Origin: Corallococcus sp. CA047B
GTDB lineage: Bacteria; Myxococcota; Myxococcia; Myxococcales; Myxococcaceae
Reading direction: 5' to 3'
Assembly (NCBI RefSeq): GCF_003612065.1
Contig: NZ_RAWD01000050.1
Coordinates: 1 to 36,692 of the forward strand
Length of the DNA: 36,692 bases
Shown in pieces: positions 7,918 through 15,479 of this stretch. Positions within the stretch are counted from its first letter, which is position 1. Every line of letters starts with the position of its first letter. The translations under genes and the position numbers were made by a program. The notes beneath the pieces were generated by a model, which was not told where the DNA came from, searched no databases, and saw only the letters and a list, made by a program, of their open reading frames with translations.

Positions 7918-9533
7918 TGGCCCCCGGGGTTCCTGCGCTGCTCCTGCTGCTGACCGGCGCGGGGACTCCGCACCGCCTCCTCCACGAGGAGGCGGTGGCG
8001 CCGGTGCCGTGGGCGGTCGCCGAGTCCGGACGGCCCACCTCGGCCACCGCGCCCGCGCCACGCTTCGAGCCGACGGAGACGGTGGAGTCCGCTGTCTCCG
8101 AGGGCAATCGCTTCCGCATCCACTTCACCCGCCAGGGGCCGAACGCGGTGCCGCTGGCGGATGCGGATGGCAGCGGCGTGCCCGACTTCGTGGAACTCGT
8201 CGGACGCACCTACGAACGCGTGGCGACGTTCTACGCGGGCCTGGGCTTCCGCCTGCCACCCGACGACGCGACGACGCCGGGAGACAACGGCGGCGACGGC
8301 CGCTTCGACGTGTACCTGGTGGACTTCGCCCTGCGCGCCGATGGGGCCTTCCGGATGGAGACCTGCCTGGATGGCACCACGCGCTGCACCGGCTACATGC
8401 TCCAGGAGAACGACTTCACGGGCTATGGCTACCCGTCCGACCAGGAGGCCGTGGAGATCCTGGCGAGCCACGAGTTCTTCCACGCCGTCCAGGCCGCGTA
8501 CCGCCCCGACCTGGGAGGTATCGCGTCCGAGGGCACCGCCGTCTGGGCCACCGAACGCTTCGAGCCCGCGTTGGATGACCTGGAGGGCTTCAGCCACTCC
8601 TACCTGGAGCTCCCGGACCGCAGCCTGCTGACGGATCCGAGTGGTCCCGGCGTGGGCTTCAGCTACGGCGCGGGACTCTTCTTCCAGTTCGTGGGCGAGC
8701 GCTTCGGGGATGCGCTCCTGCTCGCGCTGCTGGAGGAGTCCGTGCGGCAACCGGACGTGCGCTGGCCGCTGCTGCTGGACACCTGTCTGCGCCGCGACTT
8801 CGCGTCTTCCTTCGATGCGGCCTTCGCGCAGTTCTCCGCGTGGAACCTGGGCACCGGTTCGCGCGCGACGCCCGGTTTCGGCTACGCGCGAGGGGAGGGG
8901 TATGCGCCGCTGGTGACGACCGCCTCGGCGCTGCCCACGTCGCTCGCCTCCGTGCGGGTGGCCGGTGCCTCCTCGCGCATCTTCGAGGTCGCGGGCGGTG
9001 CGTCCTTCGTCTCGGCCTCGTTCGAGCCCGAAGCTGGTACGGACCCCGCCGCGCTGTATCTGCTCGTGGCGGCCGTCACCGACGACGCCGTGCTGCGAGT
9101 CAAACAGGTGGGCGGTCAGGAGCCCCTGCGTGCCCAGGTGGCCGCGGAGGATGCGACGCGGGTCCTGGTCGCCGTCGTGGATGGAAGGACGCAGGGCCTG
9201 GGGCGCTATGGCCAGCTGTGCATCGCGGCCACCGGCCAGGATGCGGACTGTGCACCGGTGCTGCCTCCTCCTCCCGATGCCGGGGCGGACGCCGGTACGG
9301 AAGACGCCGGGACCGTGGACGCCGGGACGGGTGATGCAGGCTCCGCGGATGCCGGACGGCCCCAGGAGCCCATCGATGACCCGCGGGACCCGTCAGGGTC
9401 GGATGGCGGATGTCAGGCCGCGGGGGGCCCTTTGTCGGGTGCGCTCATCGCGCTGCTTCTGGGTGGAGGGCTCAGGCTCCGACGACGGCGGTTGGGAGCG
9501 GATCGCCCTGAGCGGATGCGCAGCGACGACTGA
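7917..9533 (+). CDS. secreted HExxH zinc metalloprotease-like protein with a MYXO-CTERM sorting tail
   Basis: ATG at 7917 overlaps the upstream stop by 1 nt; the ORF-track N-terminal extension from 7500 is off-gene. N-terminal signal-like MAPGVPALLLLLTGAG. HEFFHAVQ (HExxH). A DAG repeat linker (DAGADAGTEDAGTVDAGTGDAGSADAG) is followed by GGCQAAGGPLSGALIALLLGGGLRLRRRR, i.e. Cys, a hydrophobic stretch and an Arg-rich tail, which is the MYXO-CTERM architecture. Confidence 0.75.
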   Translation: MAPGVPALLLLLTGAGTPHRLLHEEAVAPVPWAVAESGRPTSATAPAPRFEPTETVESAVSEGNRFRIHFTRQGPNAVPLADADGSGVPDFVELVGRTYERVATFYAGLGFRLPPDDATTPGDNGGDGRFDVYLVDFALRADGAFRMETCLDGTTRCTGYMLQENDFTGYGYPSDQEAVEILASHEFFHAVQAAYRPDLGGIASEGTAVWATERFEPALDDLEGFSHSYLELPDRSLLTDPSGPGVGFSYGAGLFFQFVGERFGDALLLALLEESVRQPDVRWPLLLDTCLRRDFASSFDAAFAQFSAWNLGTGSRATPGFGYARGEGYAPLVTTASALPTSLASVRVAGASSRIFEVAGGASFVSASFEPEAGTDPAALYLLVAAVTDDAVLRVKQVGGQEPLRAQVAAEDATRVLVAVVDGRTQGLGRYGQLCIAATGQDADCAPVLPPPPDAGADAGTEDAGTVDAGTGDAGSADAGRPQEPIDDPRDPSGSDGGCQAAGGPLSGALIALLLGGGLRLRRRRLGADRPERMRSDD

Positions 9534-9761
9534 CCTGGCTCCGCACGGCGAGGCCGCGCCAGCCGGACGACTGTCAGGAGTTGTCTTTCCAGCAGGGATG
9601 CCTTACGACCAGCGGACCGGGCTGTTTGTATTTGCTCGTTCGCACGCGCGCTTCCGTCAAGATTTCGGAGGACGCGGAGTGCTCCTCGAATGAGCATCCG
9701 CGGCCCCCTCATCTGGTAGAAGGCGCGAGGAACGCATCCGCGCAGGAAGTAGGAGTGAACC

Positions 9762-10982
9762 GTGGCCTCGAACAACATCGCTCATCCCGGTGGACCTGGG
9801 CTGTCAATCCTCGCCGTGGGCGATGTCTTCGTGGACCGCGATGACCCGGCGACGGCCTTCCACTCCGCCCGCGACGTCCTGCGCTCCGGTGACGTCGTCT
9901 TCGGCAACTGCGAGGGCGTCTTCAGCGACGACATCCAGCGTGCCCCCAGCGCCGGCTCGACGCTCACGGCGCCCGCGGCGAACGCCGCCCCATTGGCCAA
10001 GGCGGGCTTCGACATCATGTCATTGGCCAACAACCACAGTCTCGACGGAGGACATGCCGCGCTGCTGTCCATGCGCCGGACACTGGCCGATCTGGACATC
10101 GCCACGGTGGGTGCGGGCGCGAATCTCGCGGAGGCCACCGCGCCCGGGTATCTCGATCGCAATGGAACACGGCTGGCCTTTCTGGCTTTCAGCTCCGTGT
10201 TTCCCTACGGCTATGAGGCGCGCCCGGGTGTCCCCGGCCTGGCTCCCTTCCGTGCACACACCCGATACACTCCCCTGGATCTGAACGCATGGAATCCGGG
10301 CATGGCCCCTCTGGTGAGCACCGAGCCGCTGGTCGAGGATCAGAAGGCGTTCATCGACAGCATCACCGAAGCACGCGCGAAGGCCGACATCGTCGTCGTC
10401 AGCTTCCACTGGGGTGACTCCACCGTGCCGTTCTCGCTGACCGACCACGAACGACGGACGGCCAGGCTCGCCATCGACAACGGGGCCGACGTCGTCGTGG
10501 GCCACCATCATCACATGCTCCGCGGCGTCGAGTTCCATTCCGGAAAACCCATCTTCTACGGTCTGGGACACTATGTGTTCGACCTGCCGAACCTCGCTGA
10601 GCGCCTCGCGAAAGACGGTTACCTGGGCGTGGGACGGCCGGGAGAGATGGCGGCATGGGCCCGCAAGTTCGGCGAGTTCATGATTCGCCCGCGGCAGGGC
10701 TACCCGTTGCTGCCGTTTCACGAGGATTCCAGGCTGACCGGCGCGGCGGTGATCCACATCGCGCCGTCCGGGCGCATCTCCGCCGGCTTCCTGCCCGCGA
10801 TCATCAATCCGGCCAACGAGCCGATGCACGTGTCCGCGGACAGCGACGAAGGCAGGCGGGTGGTCGCCTATCTCGAACGCTGCTGCACGACCGAACAGCT
10901 TCCTACAAGGCTGGTCGCCCCTCGGCCCGACTCCGGACTGCCCACCTCGTGCATCGAGTTCGTCTCGACCTCAACCGACTGA
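9762..10982 (+). CDS. CapA/PGA_cap family metallophosphatase-like protein (poly-gamma-glutamate capsule synthesis type)
   Basis: GTG start with AGGAG 6 nt upstream. Motifs ILAVGDV...GNCE...ANNHSLD...VVSFHWGDS...VVGHHHH are typical of the CapA/YwtB calcineurin-like fold. Confidence 0.7.
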   Translation: MASNNIAHPGGPGLSILAVGDVFVDRDDPATAFHSARDVLRSGDVVFGNCEGVFSDDIQRAPSAGSTLTAPAANAAPLAKAGFDIMSLANNHSLDGGHAALLSMRRTLADLDIATVGAGANLAEATAPGYLDRNGTRLAFLAFSSVFPYGYEARPGVPGLAPFRAHTRYTPLDLNAWNPGMAPLVSTEPLVEDQKAFIDSITEARAKADIVVVSFHWGDSTVPFSLTDHERRTARLAIDNGADVVVGHHHHMLRGVEFHSGKPIFYGLGHYVFDLPNLAERLAKDGYLGVGRPGEMAAWARKFGEFMIRPRQGYPLLPFHEDSRLTGAAVIHIAPSGRISAGFLPAIINPANEPMHVSADSDEGRRVVAYLERCCTTEQLPTRLVAPRPDSGLPTSCIEFVSTSTD

Positions 10983-11052
10983 GCCGATGCGTGCCCGGAG
11001 GTGCTCGGCGAGACGCACCCGTGTCTGCGCCGGACGGATACAAGGTACACCC

Positions 11053-11853
11053 ATGACAACGACGTACGCTCCCAATCAGACGACAACTCGCGGGCATGCC
11101 GTTCAAATCAACGACATTGAGATGTACTACGAGGAGTATGGAGTCGGAAAGCCCCTGGTGCTCTTGCATGGGTTTGGCGGTTGTTCACAGAACTGGCATC
11201 CCTTTACCGCCAGGCTCTCAGAGCGCCATCGACTGATCGTCGTGGATATGCGTGGCCATGGTTACTCCACCAATCCCGAGAACAAATTTACACATCGGGA
11301 AGCGGCCCGTGACGTGTTCCTCTTGCTTGAGAAGCTGGGGGTTGGTCGGTTCTCGGCCATGGGTATGAGTTCTGGCGGGATGGCGCTGCTTCACATGGCA
11401 ACGAGCCAACCCAAGCGCATCGACTCAATGGTATTGATTAGCGCGACTTCCCATTTCCCCGATCAGGCAAGGGCCATCATGCGCAGGGCTTCGTTTGAGA
11501 CGATGCCCCAACAAGTGCGAGAGATGTATCGGGAGTGCGCAAAACGCGGAGATGCGCAGATTCGTCAACTCATTGCGCAGTTCAATGCGTTGAGTAAAGA
11601 CTACGACGACATGAATTTCACTGCGCAGAGCCTGTCGGCCATTACGGCTCGTACGCTCGTTGTGCACGGTGATCGCGACCACTTTTTTCCCGTTGAAATT
11701 CCTGTGAGCATCTACCGGTCCATACCGGATGCCGCGCTATGGATTGTTCCTGGCGGCGACCACGTTCCTGTTTTTGATTCCACGGTTCCATTCACCTCAA
11801 CAGCCCTTCGATTCCTTGAGGGGCCAGACAGCAAGCAGCCATCAGCGGCCTGA
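11053..11853 (+). CDS. alpha/beta-fold hydrolase
   Basis: LVLLHGFGG...GMSSGG (GxSxG nucleophile elbow)...VHGDRDHF. The gene is markedly lower in GC (~54%, many A/T-ending codons) than its neighbours. Confidence 0.75.
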   Translation: MTTTYAPNQTTTRGHAVQINDIEMYYEEYGVGKPLVLLHGFGGCSQNWHPFTARLSERHRLIVVDMRGHGYSTNPENKFTHREAARDVFLLLEKLGVGRFSAMGMSSGGMALLHMATSQPKRIDSMVLISATSHFPDQARAIMRRASFETMPQQVREMYRECAKRGDAQIRQLIAQFNALSKDYDDMNFTAQSLSAITARTLVVHGDRDHFFPVEIPVSIYRSIPDAALWIVPGGDHVPVFDSTVPFTSTALRFLEGPDSKQPSAA

Positions 11854-11903
11854 CAAGGCGCTCCGCCTCCGGTTCCGCGGGCTGACTGCCAGCAGCCGTA
11901 GGA

Positions 11904-13499
11904 CTACGCGTGGGCCGCGTTGCGCTGCGCAGGCTCTTCCCCGCGCAGCTCCGCGACCTCCGCGCGCAAGAGCCAGTCCGACGGGAAGTCGGAGGAGGCC
12001 CGGGCGATCTGCTCCAGCCGGTCCGCCGCGAGCTGCCCCGTCTCACGGAGGCGGCGCACCTCCGTGTAGAGGGCCGCCAGGGACGGGTGCAGCGCCTTCG
12101 CCTTGCGCTCGCGCGCCTGCGCCTCGCCGTCGCCCGCGGTGAAGGCGTTCATCTCCCCGAACCAGCGGTCCCACGCGCCCGGATCCGCGGGGCCACCCGC
12201 CACGGACGGCAGCCGCTCGGTCAGGTACACGCGCGCCATCGACGGCAGCTCCAGCGGCTTGCCCGCGAGCGTCCCGCTCAGGGCAATCACCTCGCCGCCA
12301 TCCACCGCGAAGCCCTCCAGCACCAGCCCGCTGTCCAGCGCCAGTCGGAAGTTCCCGCGCTCCGGCAGGGTGCCCGTTCCAAAGGCCACCAGCGCCGCGC
12401 CGCTGAACGGCTTGTCCAGCGCCTGGCCATCGCGCGACGTGACGATGGGGCCTTCCAGCCGAGCCATCGCGGTGGACAGACCCGGGGCCACCTCCTGCGC
12501 GGCCGGCAGCAGCTCCACCACCTTGCCCGTCACCTCGCGGCCGTCCGAGAGCACCAGGTGGTTCACCGTGCGCGCTCGCAGCGCCTCGTCCAGGCCCAGG
12601 TCCCCGCCGCGCTTCCACGCGAGCGTGGCCTCGAACTCCGCCAGCACCTCGAACAGGTGCTCGAAGTCGCGCGCCACGAAGAGCTGCGGCTGCATGCGGG
12701 TGATGTCGTAGTCCGTGTCCGCGCACGCCACGCCCAGCGGCAGCTTCCGCACCGCGGACGTCAGGCAGTGCTTCGCCTCGCCGATGCTCGACAGCAGGCC
12801 CGCGCCGTAGATGCGCGGGCGCTCCAGGTCGCCCACGAGCCCGTACTCCGCCGTCCACCAGTACAGGCGGCTCGCGCGGGTGCTCTCGCTGATGTAGCGG
12901 TGGCTCTCGTTGGCGGCCTCCAGGCGGGCCTGCGCGTGCGCGATCTCCGCGTCGCTCGCCGTGGGGTCCTCCTTCACCACGGACAGGTTGCGGATGGCCT
13001 CGAAGACGGCTTGGTCCTCCACGCTCGCGATGGCCTTGAACCCCACCAGCCCCACGGCCTTGAGGTACTCCGCGTAGCGGCGGTTCGCGATGATGGGCGC
13101 GTGCCCCGCGCTCTCATGGACGATGTCCGGCGCGGGCGTGTACTGGATGTGCTCGTGCGTGCGGATGTCCGCCGCGATGGCCAGCACCCCCAGCGCCTGC
13201 AGCTCCGTGAAGACCGCCGGAGGGATGAAGCCGCGCACCGCCACGCAGGACCAGCCCAGCTTCGACAGCTTCTCGTTCATCTCGTCCAGGCTGGGGATGG
13301 CCTCCGCGCCAATGCCGGTGGCCTCCAGACCCTCCAGGTAGACGGGATGCGCCTTGTCGCGCAGATGCCCCCGGAGCTGCCCCAGGATGTGACGCCACAC
13401 CGCCTGGTCGCGGGGCGTGTAGGCCGCGTAGTCCTGCGACACCACGTAGCGACGCAGGTGGGCGGGCAGGCGGGCGATCGTCCGTTCCGTGGGGGTCAT
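11904..13499 (-). CDS. biopterin-dependent aromatic amino acid hydroxylase (phenylalanine-4-hydroxylase-like), long form with a ~230-aa C-terminal extension
   Basis: HEHIQYTPAPDIVHESAGHAPII has two His at the positions of the iron-ligand histidines (PDICHELLGHVPL in PAH). YGAGLLSSIGEAKH matches YGAGLLSSFGE (iron-ligand Glu). Start at 13499 with GAAGGAG 8 nt upstream. The 876-aa ORF in the track is a spurious upstream extension. Confidence 0.8.
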   Translation of the reverse strand: MTPTERTIARLPAHLRRYVVSQDYAAYTPRDQAVWRHILGQLRGHLRDKAHPVYLEGLEATGIGAEAIPSLDEMNEKLSKLGWSCVAVRGFIPPAVFTELQALGVLAIAADIRTHEHIQYTPAPDIVHESAGHAPIIANRRYAEYLKAVGLVGFKAIASVEDQAVFEAIRNLSVVKEDPTASDAEIAHAQARLEAANESHRYISESTRASRLYWWTAEYGLVGDLERPRIYGAGLLSSIGEAKHCLTSAVRKLPLGVACADTDYDITRMQPQLFVARDFEHLFEVLAEFEATLAWKRGGDLGLDEALRARTVNHLVLSDGREVTGKVVELLPAAQEVAPGLSTAMARLEGPIVTSRDGQALDKPFSGAALVAFGTGTLPERGNFRLALDSGLVLEGFAVDGGEVIALSGTLAGKPLELPSMARVYLTERLPSVAGGPADPGAWDRWFGEMNAFTAGDGEAQARERKAKALHPSLAALYTEVRRLRETGQLAADRLEQIARASSDFPSDWLLRAEVAELRGEEPAQRNAAHA

Positions 13500-13591
13500 C
13501 TCGGAGGCTCCTTCAAGAGAAACAGGACACCTGGAAGATACCCATGTCAGCGGAGGACGGAAATCCGGCAGAAAACGACGTCTTCGTCGGA

Positions 13592-14512
13592 TTATCGCCG
13601 TTTCTGGAGCCGACGTCGCAGGCCCTCCAATACGGCCCGGGCCCCGGGACTGAGGCCGCCGGAGGGCCACAGGGCGACGACTTCGACCACCTGGGGTTCC
13701 GCCTCGCGCAGGGGCCAGACGTGGACGTCGGCGGGGAACGGCTGGGTGGGCCGTACGTCGGGGGCGATGGCGCAGGCGCGGTAGGCGCGCAGCAATTCGT
13801 AGAGGTGGAGGAAGCTCTCCACGCGGCCCACTTCGTCCACCTTGACCCCCTGGGCGGCGAAGCGCGCGCTGTTGGCGCCGCCGTACGGGTCGTCTCTCAA
13901 CCAGTCCACGAAACGTTGACCCTGCAGGTCCTTCACATCCAGCGCGCGCCGGGAGGCCTGTTCGCGCACCAGCGCGGAGTCCGGGCCGGCGAGCACCACG
14001 AAGGACATGCGCAGCAGGGACTCTGAATCCACGCCGTCGTGGGGTGGCAGGGGGGTGAAGTCCAGCACCAGGTCCTGCTGCCGCGTCTGCACCTGCCGCA
14101 CCAGCTCGTGCGAGCCGCCGAAGCCCACCACCAGCTTGAGGTCGGTGGCGGCCGCGTCCTGCGCGATGCCGCCCAACAGCGACATGGACAGGGTGGGGTT
14201 GAGCCCCAGGCGCAGGGTGGGCTCCACGCGCGCCAGGTCCATGAGCCGCTTCATGTCCAACTGGTGCAGCGGCGTCTGGGTGCCCGCGTAGAGGCGCTCG
14301 CCGCGCGCGGACAGTTGCAGCCTGCGCCCGGGGCCGCGCTCCAGCAGGACCGCGCCGTCCGCCAGGGCCTCCTCCAGCGCTCGGATGTGCTCGCTCACCA
14401 CGGAGCGGGCGACGCCCAGGTGTTCGGCGGCGGCGTCGATGCTGCCCGCCTCCACGGCGGCGGTGAAGGACTCGAGCCAGACCAGGTGTCGCAGCAGCTT
14501 GCGCGGGGGCAT
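13592..14512 (-). CDS. LysR-family transcriptional regulator
   Basis: N-terminal HTH LRHLVWLESFTAAVEAGSIDAAAEHLGVARSVVSEHIRALEEAL followed by a LysR substrate-binding-like domain, 306 aa. The ORF-track N-terminal extension to 14755 is Pro/Ser-rich junk. Confidence 0.8.
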   Translation of the reverse strand: MPPRKLLRHLVWLESFTAAVEAGSIDAAAEHLGVARSVVSEHIRALEEALADGAVLLERGPGRRLQLSARGERLYAGTQTPLHQLDMKRLMDLARVEPTLRLGLNPTLSMSLLGGIAQDAAATDLKLVVGFGGSHELVRQVQTRQQDLVLDFTPLPPHDGVDSESLLRMSFVVLAGPDSALVREQASRRALDVKDLQGQRFVDWLRDDPYGGANSARFAAQGVKVDEVGRVESFLHLYELLRAYRACAIAPDVRPTQPFPADVHVWPLREAEPQVVEVVALWPSGGLSPGARAVLEGLRRRLQKRR

Positions 14513-14561
14513 GAGGGCCTTGTTCCTGGCGCACCCATGCGCCCCGGGGTGGGTGCGACGG

Positions 14562-15383
14562 TCAGATGAAGTAGTCGGGGAACAGCTCCGCGCCGGGCAC
14601 GGACTGGTACTTGTCGAAGTTCGTGACGCCCACGCCGCGCAGCACGTCCTCGTCGATGCAGAAGTTGCCGGTGAAGGAGCGGCTGGGCTTGGTGAGGATG
14701 GCGTGGGCCGCGTCGGCCATGATCTCCGGCGAGCGGCTGCCCTTGATGGTCTCATCGCCGCCCAGGAGGTTCTGCACGGCGGCGGTGGCGATGACGGTGC
14801 GCGGCCAGAGGGCGTTGACGGCGATGCCCTCGTCCTTGAACTCCTCCGCCATGCCCAGCACGCACATGCTCATGCCGAACTTCGCCATGGTGTAGGCGAC
14901 GTGGGGGCCGAACCAGCGCGCCTCCATGTTGAGCGGCGGCGAGTTGTTGAGGATGTGCGGATTGGAGGACTTCTTGAGGTACGGCAGGCACGCCTGCGAG
15001 CACGCGAAGGTGCCGCGCGTGTTGATGCCGTGCATCAGGTCGAAGCGCTTGAGCGGCGTCTCCAGTGTACCGGTGAGGCTGATGGCGCTGGCGTTGTTCA
15101 CCAGGATGTCGATGCCGCCAAAGGTCTCCACCGCCTTGGCCACGGCTGCGTGGATCTGCGCCTCGTCGCGGATGTCCACCACGCAGGGCAGCGCCTTGCC
15201 GCCCGCCGCTTCAATCTCCTTCGCCGCGGTGTAGATGGTGCCGGGCAGCTTGGGGTGCGGGTCGGTCGTCTTCGCCGCGATGATGATGTTGGCGCCGTCC
15301 CGGGCCGCGCGCAGCGCGATGGCCAGGCCGATGCCGCGGCTGGCGCCGGTGATGAAGAGGGTCTTGCCTTTGAGGGTGGACAT
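14562..15383 (-). CDS. SDR-family NAD(P)-dependent oxidoreductase
   Basis: TGASRGIGLAIA Rossmann motif and the catalytic YTMAK (YxxxK). Start at 15383 with GAGGA 9 nt upstream. Confidence 0.8.
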   Translation of the reverse strand: MSTLKGKTLFITGASRGIGLAIALRAARDGANIIIAAKTTDPHPKLPGTIYTAAKEIEAAGGKALPCVVDIRDEAQIHAAVAKAVETFGGIDILVNNASAISLTGTLETPLKRFDLMHGINTRGTFACSQACLPYLKKSSNPHILNNSPPLNMEARWFGPHVAYTMAKFGMSMCVLGMAEEFKDEGIAVNALWPRTVIATAAVQNLLGGDETIKGSRSPEIMADAAHAILTKPSRSFTGNFCIDEDVLRGVGVTNFDKYQSVPGAELFPDYFI

Positions 15384-15479
15384 GGGGCGCATCCTCGCTG
15401 ATTCGAGGCAGGCCGCAATGCCCGGAGCGGCCGGACCCGTGTGGGTCCGACCGCCCGTCAACGGAACTTCAGCCCGGGC

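Noticed and set aside
6802-8750. Minus-strand ORFs 6802..8061 and 7818..8750
   Set aside because: Antisense to the lipoprotein and metalloprotease CDSs. No recognisable motifs.
11904-14534. 876-aa minus-strand ORF in the track
   Set aside because: Only its last 531 codons (from the ATG at 13499 with a good SD) look like a real protein (aromatic amino-acid hydroxylase). The upstream 345 codons are Arg/Pro/Gly-rich read-through typical of high-GC DNA and overlap the LysR gene, which is in another frame.
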